Source: Antechinus flavipes (taxonomy: Eukaryota). Taken from it: a DNA stretch of 64,000 nucleotides. The position numbers and the translations under genes are program-made. The notes beneath the pieces were generated by a model that made no database searches, was not told the DNA's origin, and saw nothing but the letters and a program-made list of their open reading frames with translations. Location of the stretch: assembly GCF_016432865.1 (NCBI RefSeq), contig NC_067403.1, forward strand, positions 246,326,001 through 246,390,000, written 5' to 3'. Positions 1 to 12,285 of this stretch are shown here, one piece after another (the first letter of the stretch is position 1; every line of letters begins with the position of its first letter).

Positions 1-239
1 ATTTCAACTCAGGACATTATAATTCTAGGCACAGAGTTCTGTCTACTATGCTACCTACTTGTCCTTCCCCAAAAATAGGGATCATAAGAACACCTCTGTT
101 CTAAGGTTGTTATGATTAAAAAGTAAACTTCTTATCAAAATGTCTGGTACATAATAGGTACTTAATAATTTAGTTTTATCTTCCTCTCACCTGAAAATGG
201 GAAACGGTAATAGTATATATGTTGTCTGGAGGATCACAT

Positions 240-410
240 GAAGGAAGGAAAGAGGGACAGAGGGAGGGAGAGAGAAAAAAAGGAAAGGATGAAGGAAAGA
301 AAAAAGGAAAGGAGGAAAGAAGGGAGGGAGGAAGGAAGGAAGGAAGAGAAATAAAGGGAAAGAAGGAGAGAGGGAGGAGAGAGGTAGAGAGATGAAAGAA
401 GGAAAGAAGA
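240..410. repeat. Purine-rich (GGAA/GAGA) low-complexity tract
   Basis: Direct inspection. Confidence 0.9.
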
Positions 411-761
411 TCTTTTTTTTTTTGAAAATTGCATAGAAGACAATAAAAAATGGTTTAGAAAGATATACAAACCAAAGGGCAAATTTCTTATTACTTCATT
501 AAATTTAACACACATTTCTTAAAAAACAATAAATACTTATGTTTTGTATATGACAAGTTGGTGATTTCCTATAAAATCCTCTTTTTTTTTCTTCTTTCTA
601 TATTGAATTTTTTTTCTCTTTTAATAATTGAGAAATTTATAATAGTAAAAGAAAATTTAACGGAAAGACTCTCAAGGGAGGGGAGAGACTCTCTGTTGGT
701 ACAGAGACTTACTCTTGCATAGAGGATAAACAGGTAACTGCAGGAGATAGTTAGGAGCTAT

Positions 762-950
762 GGTGACTAGAGTGTTAGACTTGGGGTCAAGAGATCAGTT
801 CAAAATTTGCCTCATACATTTACTGACTGTGTGACTCTCAGCAAGAATTTTATTCTCTATATGTCTTACTTTTATCATCCGTAAAAGGGAGATAATAATA
901 CCTATTCTAAGGATCTCATTAGCCTCAAATGAGATAATATTTATAAAGTA
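762..950 (+). mobile_element. MIR SINE
   Basis: CORE-SINE signature (ctgtgtgactctcagcaag...catccgtaaaagggagataataata...caaatgagataatatttataaagt). Confidence 0.7.
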
Positions 951-1769
951 ATTCCATAGTCCTGAACTAGAACATAGTCTAGTAAATTCTCTTTTCTGTA
1001 CCCTTCATTTGACCCTTTCTTTCTCAAAACCTGAAAGATCTGAGACCAACTATCACCTCTGGCTGTGTGATCTAGGACAAGTCATTTAACTCCTTAAAAT
1101 AAACTCTTTAAAAGAAAAAATATATCAAATGAGCCAATTTGTCTTGGTAAAAGCAAAATATCTTCACTCACAAAATTTCTTGGACCAAGAAAACAATAGG
1201 TTGAGGCTCAATCCATATATTTCCAGTCATGAGAATTGGTTTAATTTAGTAATATTAGTTTGCATTAGTTTAGGAATGTAATGAGCTTAAGTAGATGATA
1301 TATCTGAGTATCTTAGTTGCAAATTTTCTACCATTTACTTATATAATCTATATCAGTCAGTATAATTCTGTGATTCTGTGATGATTAAACTTATGTGGCA
1401 AATACATGTATGCATGCATGAATAAATGAGCAAATGAATCCAGTCAAATGCCCTGAATTAATTATAGCAATTTTTACAATTAATATTTTATTTGGTTCCA
1501 AATTTGTTTAAGACCCTACCATCAGTGCCTCGTTTAAATGATTTCATGAAAATACAGAAGAAACCAATAACTAAAATAATGGCATCCTTTTGGAATATAT
1601 CTTAGCTTGAAATGTGTGAAGTATACATGTTCTTATATATTTCTGAAATTGCACATAGTAAGAGGTAACAACTTATTTATGGCATTTCCATTTCTCTTTG
1701 AAGAAATTAAAAATGTGCGCCTCTTTTTTTTTTTTTCCATTTGGCCAATTACACATACTGAGAGACACA

Positions 1770-2003
1770 AAAATTCATTGAAGAAAAAAATTCATTAAAA
1801 TGTAGAATCAACCAAATGGAAAAGGAGGTACAAAATTTCAGTGAAAAAATAATTCCTTAAAAATCAGTATTGAGCAAATGGAAGCTAAATGACTTTACGA
1901 GAAATCAAGAAACAATGAAACAAAAACAAAAGAATGGGAAAATACCAGATAAGATGAAATATCTCATTGGAAAAAATAATGGATCTGCAAAATAGATCCA
2001 GGT
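1770..2003 (+). mobile_element. L1 ORF1 fragment
   Basis: Resembles marsupial L1 ORF1 (aaatatctcattggaaaaaat...aaaatagatccagg); decayed. Confidence 0.7.
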
Positions 2004-2754
2004 GTTTCATTCAATCTTTTACACTTCAATTTCCCAAAAACATTTGCTATTTATAGATTGCATATAATATAAACTAATAGTTTAACAGCAAATATTACTG
2101 TTCTTCAAGGTTTACAAAAACATTTACAAATATTACCTCATATTGATCTACAAAGTGACATAGGAAATATGTTATCCTTATTTCCAAAAAAGGAATCTGA
2201 AACTGAGATTAAATGAATTTTCCATAGTTGAATAACTTGTAAGTGACTAGGGTCATATCTGAGCTCAATTCTTTGAGTCTTATATACAAAACAAAATATA
2301 AAACAAAAATATAGAAAATAGATAAACAAAATATAGAAAATCATTTAGGAGTACAAAGGACTTCAGTGGTGATCTAAACCAATAATTAATTGAGCAGGTT
2401 TTACTTTTACAATACCCTCAAGAAGGAGTCATTGAACCTTTTCTTAAAGACTTCCAGCATGATTACTTTAAACACGAAAAGACTCAGGTTAATCAACTTG
2501 CTCAAAATGACACAAGTAACAAGGACCAAAGTCCAGACTTGAACCAAAAACATTTAATTCCAAAAGTACCTACTGCAATTTTTTGCTGATGAAAATACTT
2601 CCCCTAGGTAGTTGGGAAGGAAACAGATATAGTGTCATTGGAATCTTTTAACATAAAAATTAGATATACAATCACTTAGATATACACATACATCTATACA
2701 TAAACACGCATACTGATAATAGATATAGCTATAGAGAGACAGATAGAAATATAG

Positions 2755-2990
2755 ATGATCTGTTGCTATTGTTGTTTAATCATGTCCATATCTTTGAGTT
2801 CCCTTTTGGAGTTTTCTTGGTAAAGATATAGGAAAGGTTTGTCTTTTTTTTTCCTGTTCAATTTATAGATGAAAAATAAGATTAAGGGATTTGCCCAGGC
2901 TCATACAGCTAATAAGTACCTGAGGCTGAACTTGAACTCAGGTCCTTTCGACTCAAGCCAGCCCTTCTATTCAGTCTGCTACCTAGCCTA
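2755..2990 (-). mobile_element. Mar1-type marsupial CORE-SINE
   Basis: ttttggagttttcttggtaaagata...ttgcccaggctcatacagctaataagtacctgaggctgaacttgaactcagg. Confidence 0.7.
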
Positions 2991-4754
2991 TATAAAAATA
3001 AATACTACACAAAAGCATTTATTTGCACCTAATGAGTGCCTGGCATTTTGATAAGTAAGTACATAATATCAATGTAGGACAGAGTAAATGTAGACAATAG
3101 GTGATTAAAGAATACAAATAATAAGGGAGAGGCTACAAAGTTTTCAGATGAAGAAATGTTTATCTTGCCCTAAATTATCCCTGCCAACATTTGCCTAGAT
3201 TCTAGATTAAACTCATGTGTCTGCCATATCCTTCAATCTCTTCTTCACCAGAATATAAGCTCCTTCAGGACAAGGTCATTTTTCTAATCTTTGCATCTCC
3301 AAGATATTGTTTATTGAAATGAAATGTGAGAATAATCTCAGGATAAAGAACTGATGTAGCCCCTACCTCCAATTCTCACTTTGACTCTCTAACAACATTC
3401 CTTTATATGCAGCTTATCCTCAATATATATGTGGTTTTAACAGGTTACTCTATTAGACCATGGAATCAAAGGGACACAAACACTCAAGCTGAATCTTTAT
3501 GAAGTCTCATGTCTGGAATAAAAGTCAATTGTGTAGTTCATAATCATAGAAAGGAAGTTTTTGGATTCGCATTGCTGGGGATATCAGGAAAGAACCAGTC
3601 TGACAAGGAGAGTATTCTAGAACTAAATGATATAACCGGGAACTGATTCAATAAATGTCCCATAATAATCATTCCTTTGCATTCTCATGGAGCAAATGAA
3701 ACCGATTTAAGAGATCATATGTTGCTGTGAATAAATTTGTATAAATGGGAAGCATAATGTTGGAAGCACAAAATCTGAGGTATTTAATAACAATTGTATT
3801 TTCTGACCAGACACACTTGCATTTCATGTAGGGCAAAAAGAGCGAACTGTAGACATGTCACTGCCGATGACCATTCACTCTGGTACTCTTCCATTACCCT
3901 GATGGCATGTGTATAAAATGAAAGGAATTAATCATTTCAGAAAAAGAAAGCAAGATCTTGTGTACTGCTTCATAGGATTTCAGCCTTTTATAACTACTAC
4001 ATATATATGTGTATATGTGTGAATGAATAATCAATCAAATTTTGTAGATTAAATGTAGATTATTGAACTCTTTACATTAAAGTTCAAGCTTTTATTAAGG
4101 AGCTACTCTAAGACTCTGATCTTAGTAGCCAAAAAGAATGATGTAATTGACACACAAAAACAACCAGCCGTCAGAAATAATCTAACTTTCTAATTAAACA
4201 GTTTTAGGTTATAAATGTAATACATGAAGTGGAAAAATCATGTCTCCTTACATATTTCTAAAATCATATTAGGGGATGGAGCCATTTCTTTTTGGAATTC
4301 CATTTCTATATTTTTATCTATTTCTAGATGAATTTTCTCTACATCGAGATGACTCCCTCTTAAAAAAAAAAAAAAGAAGAAGAAGAAGAACATCAAGGAC
4401 TCAGGAGCAAGTTAACATCTGGTTTCACCATTTTCAACACTTGTAGAAGATTTGAGCTTTTAGAGATGTTTCTTCAAAGAAGAACCTTATTGATGCTGAT
4501 AATAATTTTGTTTCTAAGGACACATACTTTGAAAGTATAAGAGAAGATAGATATGTATGGTTAAAGTACTGGATCTAGAGACAAAAAGATCTAAGTTCAA
4601 ATCCAATTTTAAATTCTTGGTACTTGTGTGATATTGAACAAATGATTGTTCACTATTTGCCATAGTTTCTTATCTGTAAAATGAGGACACAGTGAAGAAA
4701 ATGTCAAACCACTTCAGTATCTTTGCCAAGAAAACCCCATGAATGAAAAGAATA

Positions 4755-5405
4755 AAAGATGCTCATGTGCAGAAATGTTTCTAACAGCTCTTTTTGTGGT
4801 GGCAAGGAATTGGAAATTAAGTAGATGCCCACCAATTGGAGAATGACTAAATAAGTGATGGTATATAAAGATTATTATTTTATTAGAAATCCTGAGCTGA
4901 GTGATTTCATAAAAGCATGTAAAGATTTAAATCAATTGATATTAAGCATAGTGAGTAAAACCAAGGGAACATTGTACACAGCAACAACAATATTATGTAA
5001 TCAATTATGACAGATTTGGCTCTTATAAACTATGAAGTGATTCAGAGCAATTCCAATATACATGTGATAGAAGGAGCCATTAGCATCCAGAAATAGAGTA
5101 ATAGAGACTGAATGTGAAACAAAGCATAGTATTTTCTTTTTTTGTTGTTGTTTTTGTTTGTTTTCTTGTGTATTTTTTCTTTCTTTTTTACTTCATTTTT
5201 CTTGTACAGTGTGATGAATATGATGGAAATTGTATTTTATAAGTTGCACATGTTTAGACAGTAGTGAATTGCTTGCTGTCTAGGGGAGATACTAAAGGTG
5301 AAGGGAAGAAGAGAAATATGGAAGACAAAGTTTTGCAAAGGTGAATGTTGAAGATTGTCTTTACATGTATTTGGAAAACTTAAAAGCTACTATTAAAATA
5401 AAACA
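4755..5405 (+). mobile_element. 5'-truncated L1 (ORF2 end plus 3' UTR)
   Basis: ggcaaggaattggaaattaagtagatgcccaccaattggagaatg...atgtatttggaaaa. Confidence 0.85.
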
Positions 5406-6144
5406 TGGATGAAGACAATGGTATTATGTAAGAGTCAGATATGAATGAACAACTTAACAAGAAATGTGCTAGGCACAGTGCTTAGTGCTAGGGATATAAA
5501 TACAATTTAGCAAATCACTCTCTGTCTTTAAAGATATCATATTATAATCATGAAAATATTATGAAAGACAATACTAAACATATATTTTGCTCCAGAATCA
5601 TGACTAGACAATTGGAGTTGCATGGAAGTTTAGATTCTGGCAAGATAAAAGAGAAGAACTTCATGTTATAGCCAGCGATCCAATGGCAGAGTCCAATTTT
5701 CCACAGAGATGGAGAAGAACCTAGAGTTAGGCTATAGAAAGAAGACCATGAGAAGTGGCATGGAACCCTTGTCTCTATGAAGTTAAAAGCACAAAGTTTA
5801 TTTCTAAGAGTTCAAAAGAGTAACAATACAATTCCTGTCAAATAAAATTAATATTAATAAGGATATATTTTTCAAAGAGATGTTAAATAATTTGTGATTA
5901 TAACACCTAAATGTACAATTACATTTTTCTCCAAAGAAACTTTTCACTTCTTTCTGATGGTTGCTTAGCCTAAATTATCTCAAATCTTATAATTTTATTC
6001 TACAGGAAAACAAAGTATGGCAAGCCACTTGATATGATAGAAAACATTTTTACAACAATCATAACTTTTCATGAAAGTCATACTGAATATTTGTGTGGTT
6101 ATAATAGAAAAGAAAAGAGAAGTTTTGTTATTTGTGTACCCAAT

Positions 6145-7074
6145 TCAGGAAGCTGTCATCTTTAAGAGTTTCTTTAGGGCTTCTTTCACGTCTTTGTTCC
6201 TCAGACTATAAATCATGGGGTTCAACATGGGGAAGATAACAGTATAAAATAAGGAGACAATTTTATCCTGTTCCAGGAAATAGCTGGATTTGGGCCTATA
6301 ATAAATGTAAAGAATGGAGCCAAAGTACAAAGTGACAGAGATCAAGTGAGAAGAACAAGTAGAAAAGGCTTTGAGTTGACCCTGGGCAGAGCGAATCCTC
6401 AAGATGGCAATAATGATGAATATGTAAGAGGCCAGGATAAATGCTATGGGTGTAAGAACATTGGAAGCTAGCATAAAATAAAGAAATATGTGGTAGTTGG
6501 CTTTTACATCACATGCAAGTTTCACCAAGGGTGGCAGGTCACAGAAGAAGTCATCAATGACATTATCCCCACAGAAAGGCATGGTGAATGTTTCATGGGT
6601 AAAGATGATACCAATAAAAAAGGATCCAAGGTATGAAGCTGCTACAAGACCTATACAGACTCTTTGAGTCATGACTTGAGCATAGAGTAGTGGTTTGGAG
6701 ATAGCCATATAGCGGTCATATGCCATGGCAGCCAACAAGTAGCATTCAGTATATGCCAGTCCACCTGAGAAGAGGAACTGAGCCACACACCCAGCAAAGG
6801 AGATGCTCTTGTCTTCAGAGATACAAATCATCATGATTTTGGGAGTATAAACAGTAGAATACCAAAGATCCAGAAAAGACAAGTTGCCAATGAAGAAATA
6901 CATGGGGGTATGGAGCCGGGAGTCCGTACAGATTAACACTATTAGAGTGATGTTCCCCATCACTGTCACAGAGTACACTATGAAGAAAAGGACAAAGAGC
7001 ACCAGTTGTATCACAGGATCCTGAGTAAAACCTATCAGGATGAACTCAGTCACAGTGTGATTAAATTTTTCCAT
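6145..7074 (-). CDS. OR9G1-like: Olfactory receptor, family 9 subfamily G (OR9G1-like), 309 aa, intact
   Basis: 7TM OR motifs: N-glycosylation site [94 protein letters not shown] and ASNV are OR9G hallmarks. Exact orthology cannot be fixed without a tree. Confidence 0.95.
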   Translation of the reverse strand: MEKFNHTVTEFILIGFTQDPVIQLVLFVLFFIVYSVTVMGNITLIVLICTDSRLHTPMYFFIGNLSFLDLWYSTVYTPKIMMICISEDKSISFAGCVAQFLFSGGLAYTECYLLAAMAYDRYMAISKPLLYAQVMTQRVCIGLVAASYLGSFFIGIIFTHETFTMPFCGDNVIDDFFCDLPPLVKLACDVKANYHIFLYFMLASNVLTPIAFILASYIFIIIAILRIRSAQGQLKAFSTCSSHLISVTLYFGSILYIYYRPKSSYFLEQDKIVSLFYTVIFPMLNPMIYSLRNKDVKEALKKLLKMTAS

Positions 7075-7140
7075 GACTTTAGCTTGTCTTATCTATGTAT
7101 GATGGCAGGAGTATACATTTTAAAGGTACAGTGATATATG

Positions 7141-7165
7141 CCTTAGAGAAAAGAATGAAAAATTA
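7141..7165 (-). promoter_or_regulatory. Candidate splice acceptor of the OR9G-like coding exon
   Basis: Minus strand reads tttcattcttttctctaag|gcatat, about 67 nt upstream of the ATG at 7074. Confidence 0.5.
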
Positions 7166-7344
7166 AAATTCATCTAAGTGGATAACATCAGTAAAAGGAA
7201 TAACAATTTAAATCTTCTCTAATTTCATAATTTTTCATTGCACATACAGTCATTCTTTTAAACAGTTATTATTCATTTACTCATTCATTTAACAAGCCTT
7301 TATTCAATGTCTCTCATATATAAAAAATCAGTTCTAAGCTGAGT

Positions 7345-7700
7345 CCAGAGAATTGTAATAGACTTATGATGGAGAGAGCCATCTGCATCCAGAAAGAGGA
7401 TTGGGGTTACTGAATGTATATCACAACATAGAATTTTCTCCTTTTTTGTTGTTGTTGGCTTGCTTCTTTTACTTTTTCATTTTTTTTTCTTTTTTGATCT
7501 TTTTCTTCTGCAGCATGATAAATATGAAAATATAGAAAAGCCATAGATGTTTAACATATATTGGATTACTTATTATCTAGTGGAGGGAGTTGGAGAAAGG
7601 GAAGGAAAAAAAATTGAAGTACAAGGTTTTATAAAAGTAAATGTTGAAAACTATCTTTGCATGTATTTTCAAAATAAAAAAGCTATTATTATTTTTTGAA
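7345..7700 (+). mobile_element. L1 3' UTR fragment
   Basis: atggagagagccatctgcatccagaaagagga...atgttgaaaactatctttgcatgtattttcaaaataaaa. Confidence 0.85.
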
Positions 7701-8064
7701 AAAATCTGCCCTAGTTTCTGTGGAAAGGGACAAAAAATGAAATTGTATGTAAATTCAAGGAATTCATCTTTTAACATCTGCCTTTCTATTAGATAGCTGT
7801 GGTACACCTGGCAAAACCTCAACATTTACACAAAATCAGGATTTAAAATAATTTAACAAATCCATTACCAAATATTATACAATATTCTCTTTATGTCAGA
7901 CATCTGTTTATACAAATATGTCAATGAAGTCAAACCATCCCAACATCAAGGAACTTCACTTCTCTCAGAAGATGTCAAAATTCCTAAGCATTTAACAATT
8001 AGCTATCTAAATATGTGGGAACTAAGTGCAATGGATGTATTCTTGGACCTGAAATCAGAAAGAC

Positions 8065-8262
8065 ATCTACTTGAATAAATCTCTGACCTCAGATTCTTCC
8101 GAGCTGGGTGCCCCAAGCAAGTTGCTTAACTTTATTTGCCTCAGTTTCCTTATCTGTAAAATAAGCTGGAGAAGGAAATGACCAACCACTCTAGCATCTT
8201 TGCCAAAAAATCTCCAAATGAAGTCATGAAGTTGAATGCAACTGAAATGACTCAATAACAAA
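8065..8262 (+). mobile_element. Mar1-type CORE-SINE
   Basis: gcctcagtttccttatctgtaaaataagctggagaaggaaatgaccaaccactctagcatctttgccaa...aactgaaatgactcaataacaa. Confidence 0.8.
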
Positions 8263-8772
8263 TATGCATGTGTGATTATAGGTATATATATATATACATA
8301 TATATATATGTATATATATATACACATTTATATATACATACATGTGTGTCTATATATTTATTTATGTGCACATATGCACATATGTTTACACACAGGTGAG
8401 TATATATGTGTATTATATATACCTATCTACACACATATGCTAATATATTTAATTCAGTTTTATTTTCCATTCCAAATTATCTTCTTCTATTTTCCTCCCT
8501 TTCTTCCATATATTGAGAAGGCAAGAAAAATAAAACTCATTACAAATATGTATAGTCATTCAAAACAATGTCCTACTTTTTAATTGGGAGTGGTAGGAAG
8601 AAGGCTAGAAGTTAGATAGGACATCATGATTGAACTCACTTTGAATGAATCCAGGGATTCTTAGAATTAGAGGCAATGAGGGGGCTACATTCTACACAGT
8701 AGAGATAGAATGTAGGAGATGTAGCATCTTGTAAGGAACACCATTTGGTTCAATATCAGGGAAGGGATCCTA

Positions 8773-9310
8773 TCTTTATTATATTTGCTCACCCAATCCA
8801 AGAGCATTTAATATTTTTCCATTTGGTTAGATCAGACTTAATTTATGTGGAAAGTGTTTTGTAGTTTTGCTCATAAAGTTTTTGATTTTCCCTTGGCAGA
8901 TAGATTCCTAAATATTTTAGACAATCAGTAGTTACTTTAAATGGAATTTCTCTTTGTAACTCTAACTGTTGTGTTTTGTTAGTGATATATAAGAATGCTG
9001 ATGACTTATGTGGGTTTATTTTGTATCCTGCAACTTTGCTAAAGGTGTGGATTGTTTCTAATAACTTTTTTACTAGAGTCTCTGGGGTTCTCTAAGTATA
9101 CCATCATATCATCAGCAAAGAGTGATAATTTGGTTCCCTCATTGCCTATTCTTATTCCTTTAATCTCTTTCTCAACTCTTATTGCCAAAGCTAGCATTTC
9201 TAATACAATATTAAATAGTAATGCTGATAGTGGGCAGCAACCTTGTTTCACTCCTGATCTTATTGGGAATGGTTGCAGTTTGTCCCTGTTACATATGATG
9301 CTTACTACTG
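8773..9310 (-). mobile_element. Internal L1 ORF2 (reverse transcriptase) fragment with 15-bp flanking direct repeat
   Basis: Translates to [21 protein letters not shown]...[15 protein letters not shown]; frameshifted; agggaagggatccta at 8758-8772 and 9311-9325. Confidence 0.95.
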
Positions 9311-9622
9311 AGGGAAGGGATCCTAAAGGAGTGGGAAGGAGGAAATTATATGACAAGGTAGAGTATATAGATTTACACTAGATTGACCAGAGTATTTAAA
9401 ATTGTTCCTGTTTTTCATTGGAAGTTGCTACAGTTTATTGAGCAAGGAAGTGAAATGATTGAATCTATACATTTGGAAAACTATTTTGATAGCTCTTTGG
9501 AAGATAAATTTCAGAAGAGGTAGGAATAAAAATTGGAAATATATTGCCATAGTCAGATCAAGAATAACAATTAACCAAACATGAATATTTTTCATATAAA
9601 TGAACAGAAGGATATATGAAGG

Positions 9623-9626
<4 letters not shown>

Positions 9627-9700
<74 letters not shown>
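9627..9700. repeat. Compound (CA)n(TA)n microsatellite
   Basis: Direct inspection. Confidence 0.95.
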
Positions 9701-9704
<4 letters not shown>

Positions 9705-9890
9705 ACAAGTCTGGACAAATTATTAAATTTATGGAGAGAGGGAAGGATCATAAAATAAACTGATTTTAAGCTGCACACTTGGGTGAGTCTAAAATGATAT
9801 CAGTGGCCTCAACAGAAAAATCACACACACCTAACTATCTAAGCATATGCATATATGTTCATACACACATATAAACACACACACAAAAAC

Positions 9891-10045
9891 CATGTAATTT
9901 ATCAACAACCTCAGAAGTATTGTCATCTTTATGCAATCCAATTCTCATCCTGGAACCTTTTCTATATGTATTGGGTTCTCTGGAGTTTCAGACACCATCA
10001 AATGTCATACTTCTTATGCTTTGGGAGCTCTCTTCCATAGCAATT
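9891..10045 (+). repeat. About 155-bp direct duplication, copy 1 (copy 2 at 11069-11222)
   Basis: cctcagaagta.tgtcatctt.atgcaatcca.ttctcatc...cagacaccat.aaatg...ttcttatgctttgggag shared; about 85% identity by eye. Confidence 0.9.
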
Positions 10046-10479
10046 CTATTTGTTTTGTGGTTTAATAATATATGCTTCTTACTTCATCAAGGAACATATT
10101 TGCCACAAAGCAAATGGGCCAAAGTAGCAGATATTTCTTCTTTCTATTTTACTATTTTTACTCTTGCTTTTTAGCACCTGACAGATGCTGTTTCACAAGA
10201 TTATCAAAGTAATTACTATCACTTTCTAATGTCAATTTTTGTTATGCTCTAATTTCCCCCTTTCAGTCTACTCAGTGTTGAGGATCAAGAAAATTAACAT
10301 TGTTAGTCTTATGTAAAATAGATCAAATAAATCTGATCAGCCTTTCATGGGTCACTTCTTTCTACTTGTGGGTTTGTGGTTATCTTTCAGAAGCACCCAA
10401 AATCTAACTATGAGGTACATAGTGGGGAAAGGATGTTACTATTTTGTATTTCAACTAAAGAAAAAAATCAAAAATTGTA

Positions 10480-10870
10480 AATGTCTTACTAAAAACTAAT
10501 TTAAATCATTACTGATTGAAAAAATGCAAATTAAAACAGCTTTAAAACATCATTTCATACCTATGAAATTGACTAAAATGATAGAAGGGGGAAATTACAA
10601 ATGTTGGAAAAGATGTGTTAAAATAGGAGTTACTCTATTGTTGGTGAAACTGTGAACTATTTAACCATTTTAGTAAGCCATCTGAAATTTATGCCTAAAG
10701 AATTATTAAATTGCCTACACCCTTTCAATCAGCAATACCAGTCTCTGATCTGTCTCCTAAGGCCATTGGGGGAAAAGCAAGAGAGCCTATATGTTCTAAA
10801 ATATTTATAGCAACTTTGTGGTAGTAAAGAATTGGAAATTAAGGGGACAATCCATCAAGGGGGAATTGTT
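10480..10870 (+). mobile_element. Old L1 ORF2 3' fragment
   Basis: aaatgcaaattaaaaca...aaatgttggaaaagatgtg...gttggtgaaactgtgaact. Confidence 0.7.
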
Positions 10871-11068
10871 TAAACTTTATAATTTCAGTGACTTATCCTG
10901 AAAGAAATACTTCTAAAGATTAGATTTCAGGCATTATGGCAGGTTAAGCTATCTGGGTTTAAGGAATTCTTTGACACTCACATCATGCCTTATAAATGAC
11001 TGCTTCCTTCTTCTAATCAGGGCCAACTCTATGAAGAAGAAAATTCTCCAGCGTCAGCAGTGAAGGAC

Positions 11069-11222
11069 CATGCAATTTACCAACAGCCTCAGAAGTACTG
11101 TCATCTTGATGCAATCCAGTTCTCATCTTGGTACCTTTTCTATATATTCTGGGCTCTCTGGAATATCAGACACCATTAAATGCTGCATTCTTATGCTTTG
11201 GGAGGTATCTCCCATAACAATT
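11069..11222 (+). repeat. About 155-bp direct duplication, copy 2
   Basis: Same alignment as 9891-10045. Confidence 0.9.
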
Positions 11223-12089
11223 AATGAAGAAGAGGAAAGTCATGTTATTGGGTCACACCAGGGAATTATGGTCTCCAATGCCGATCAACTTGTTACATTC
11301 CTTTTCTTATTGAAACCTGGAGAATTCAGGAAAGTAATAGCAATATTATCTCTCCTCCTCCTATCTCCAAAGATTCTGGGATTCTGGGATGGTAGTGTGA
11401 AATATTTGTGTTCAACTGGATTTGAAAAAGCTCCTCAAGATTAATTTCAGCAGAAATATAATTTTTCCAGGAAAAAACCATGTAATCTTTGGGACGCAGT
11501 GGAGATATGCTTGATCTTTCTCAATTGAACTGTGTTTCTTATTTATAAAACAAGTCACTCTGTAGAAATAACCTCAGTTGTTTCTGGGAAACAATGTTTA
11601 TTGCCATGGAATTGGATTAAATTTTGGATCATAGAATATCCTGAGCTTGGAATTAAGAAATCCTAAATTAAAATCCAGCTTCAGACTAGTTGTGTGACCC
11701 CAGATATGTCATAACAATGTTGCATGCCTCAATTTCTTCATATGTATAATAATAAGTAGCATTTATGTAGCACAAGTTTCCTTCAAAAATCACACAAAAC
11801 CAAGCCTCTGAACAGAGTATGATGGAATGAAATCACTATCCAGCTCAAGATAGAGTGAAAAAATTACAAGAAAAGTCAATATCACTGAAATGAAAAAGTT
11901 ATTCAATCTAGATCAGATAGATTCTGCGAAAGCTGGTAAGAGGGTCTTAATCACCCCAAATCAGCATCTATATCTCTCAGTGCTCACTCAGTAAAGGAGA
12001 AAATCAGTGGAGTAACTTTCAGTCCCAGCTCAGAAGGCAAACTCAGGGAAACCAGGCTGTTTTCCCAAACAGAACAGGAATCCAAACAA

Positions 12090-12285
12090 TCTCAATAGAC
12101 TTTGAACAGAAAATGCCATCTGCATCCAGAAAAAGATCTAAGGAGACGGAACATAAATCAACACATTCTATGTTCACTTCTTTTCTCTCTTTCTTTCTGT
12201 CTCCCATGGTTTTTTCCTTTCCTCTGATTTTTCTCTCCCAACATGATTCATAAATCAATGTGCATTAAAAATAAAAGAAAAAAAG
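12090..12285 (+). mobile_element. Short L1 3' terminal fragment with A-rich tail
   Basis: aaaatgccatctgcatccagaaaaag...caacatgattcataaatcaatgtgcattaaaaataaaagaaaaaaag. Confidence 0.65.

Larger units (their letters stand above)
1..1395 (+). repeat. Segmental duplication, copy 1 (paralog of 14453-16388)
   Basis: Colinear matches, e.g. gaaaattgcatagaagacaataaaaaatggtt / gaaaattacatagaagacaataaaaaaatggtt and ttctaccatttacttatataatctatatcagtca / ttctaccatttacttacataatctatatcaatca. Confidence 0.9.

Noticed and set aside
234-515. Low-complexity ORFs (Ser/Leu/Phe, Ile/Tyr, Val/Cys and Glu/Arg runs) here and throughout the window
   Set aside because: They are translations of GGAA, TA, CA, GA and GGAT microsatellites.
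1400-6100. Possible OR pseudogene remnant predicted by the flanking duplication
   Set aside because: No OR motifs were recognisable by eye; only SINE/L1 debris and unique non-coding DNA. tBLASTn would be needed to exclude a very decayed fragment.
9039-9356. Reverse-transcriptase ORF suggesting an active or novel RT system
   Set aside because: It is a frameshifted L1 ORF2 fragment whose ORF start lies in flanking non-L1 DNA.
11070-11444. 124-aa ORF overlapping the duplicated segment
   Set aside because: No recognisable motif, and the frame is not preserved in the paralogous copy at 9891-10045.
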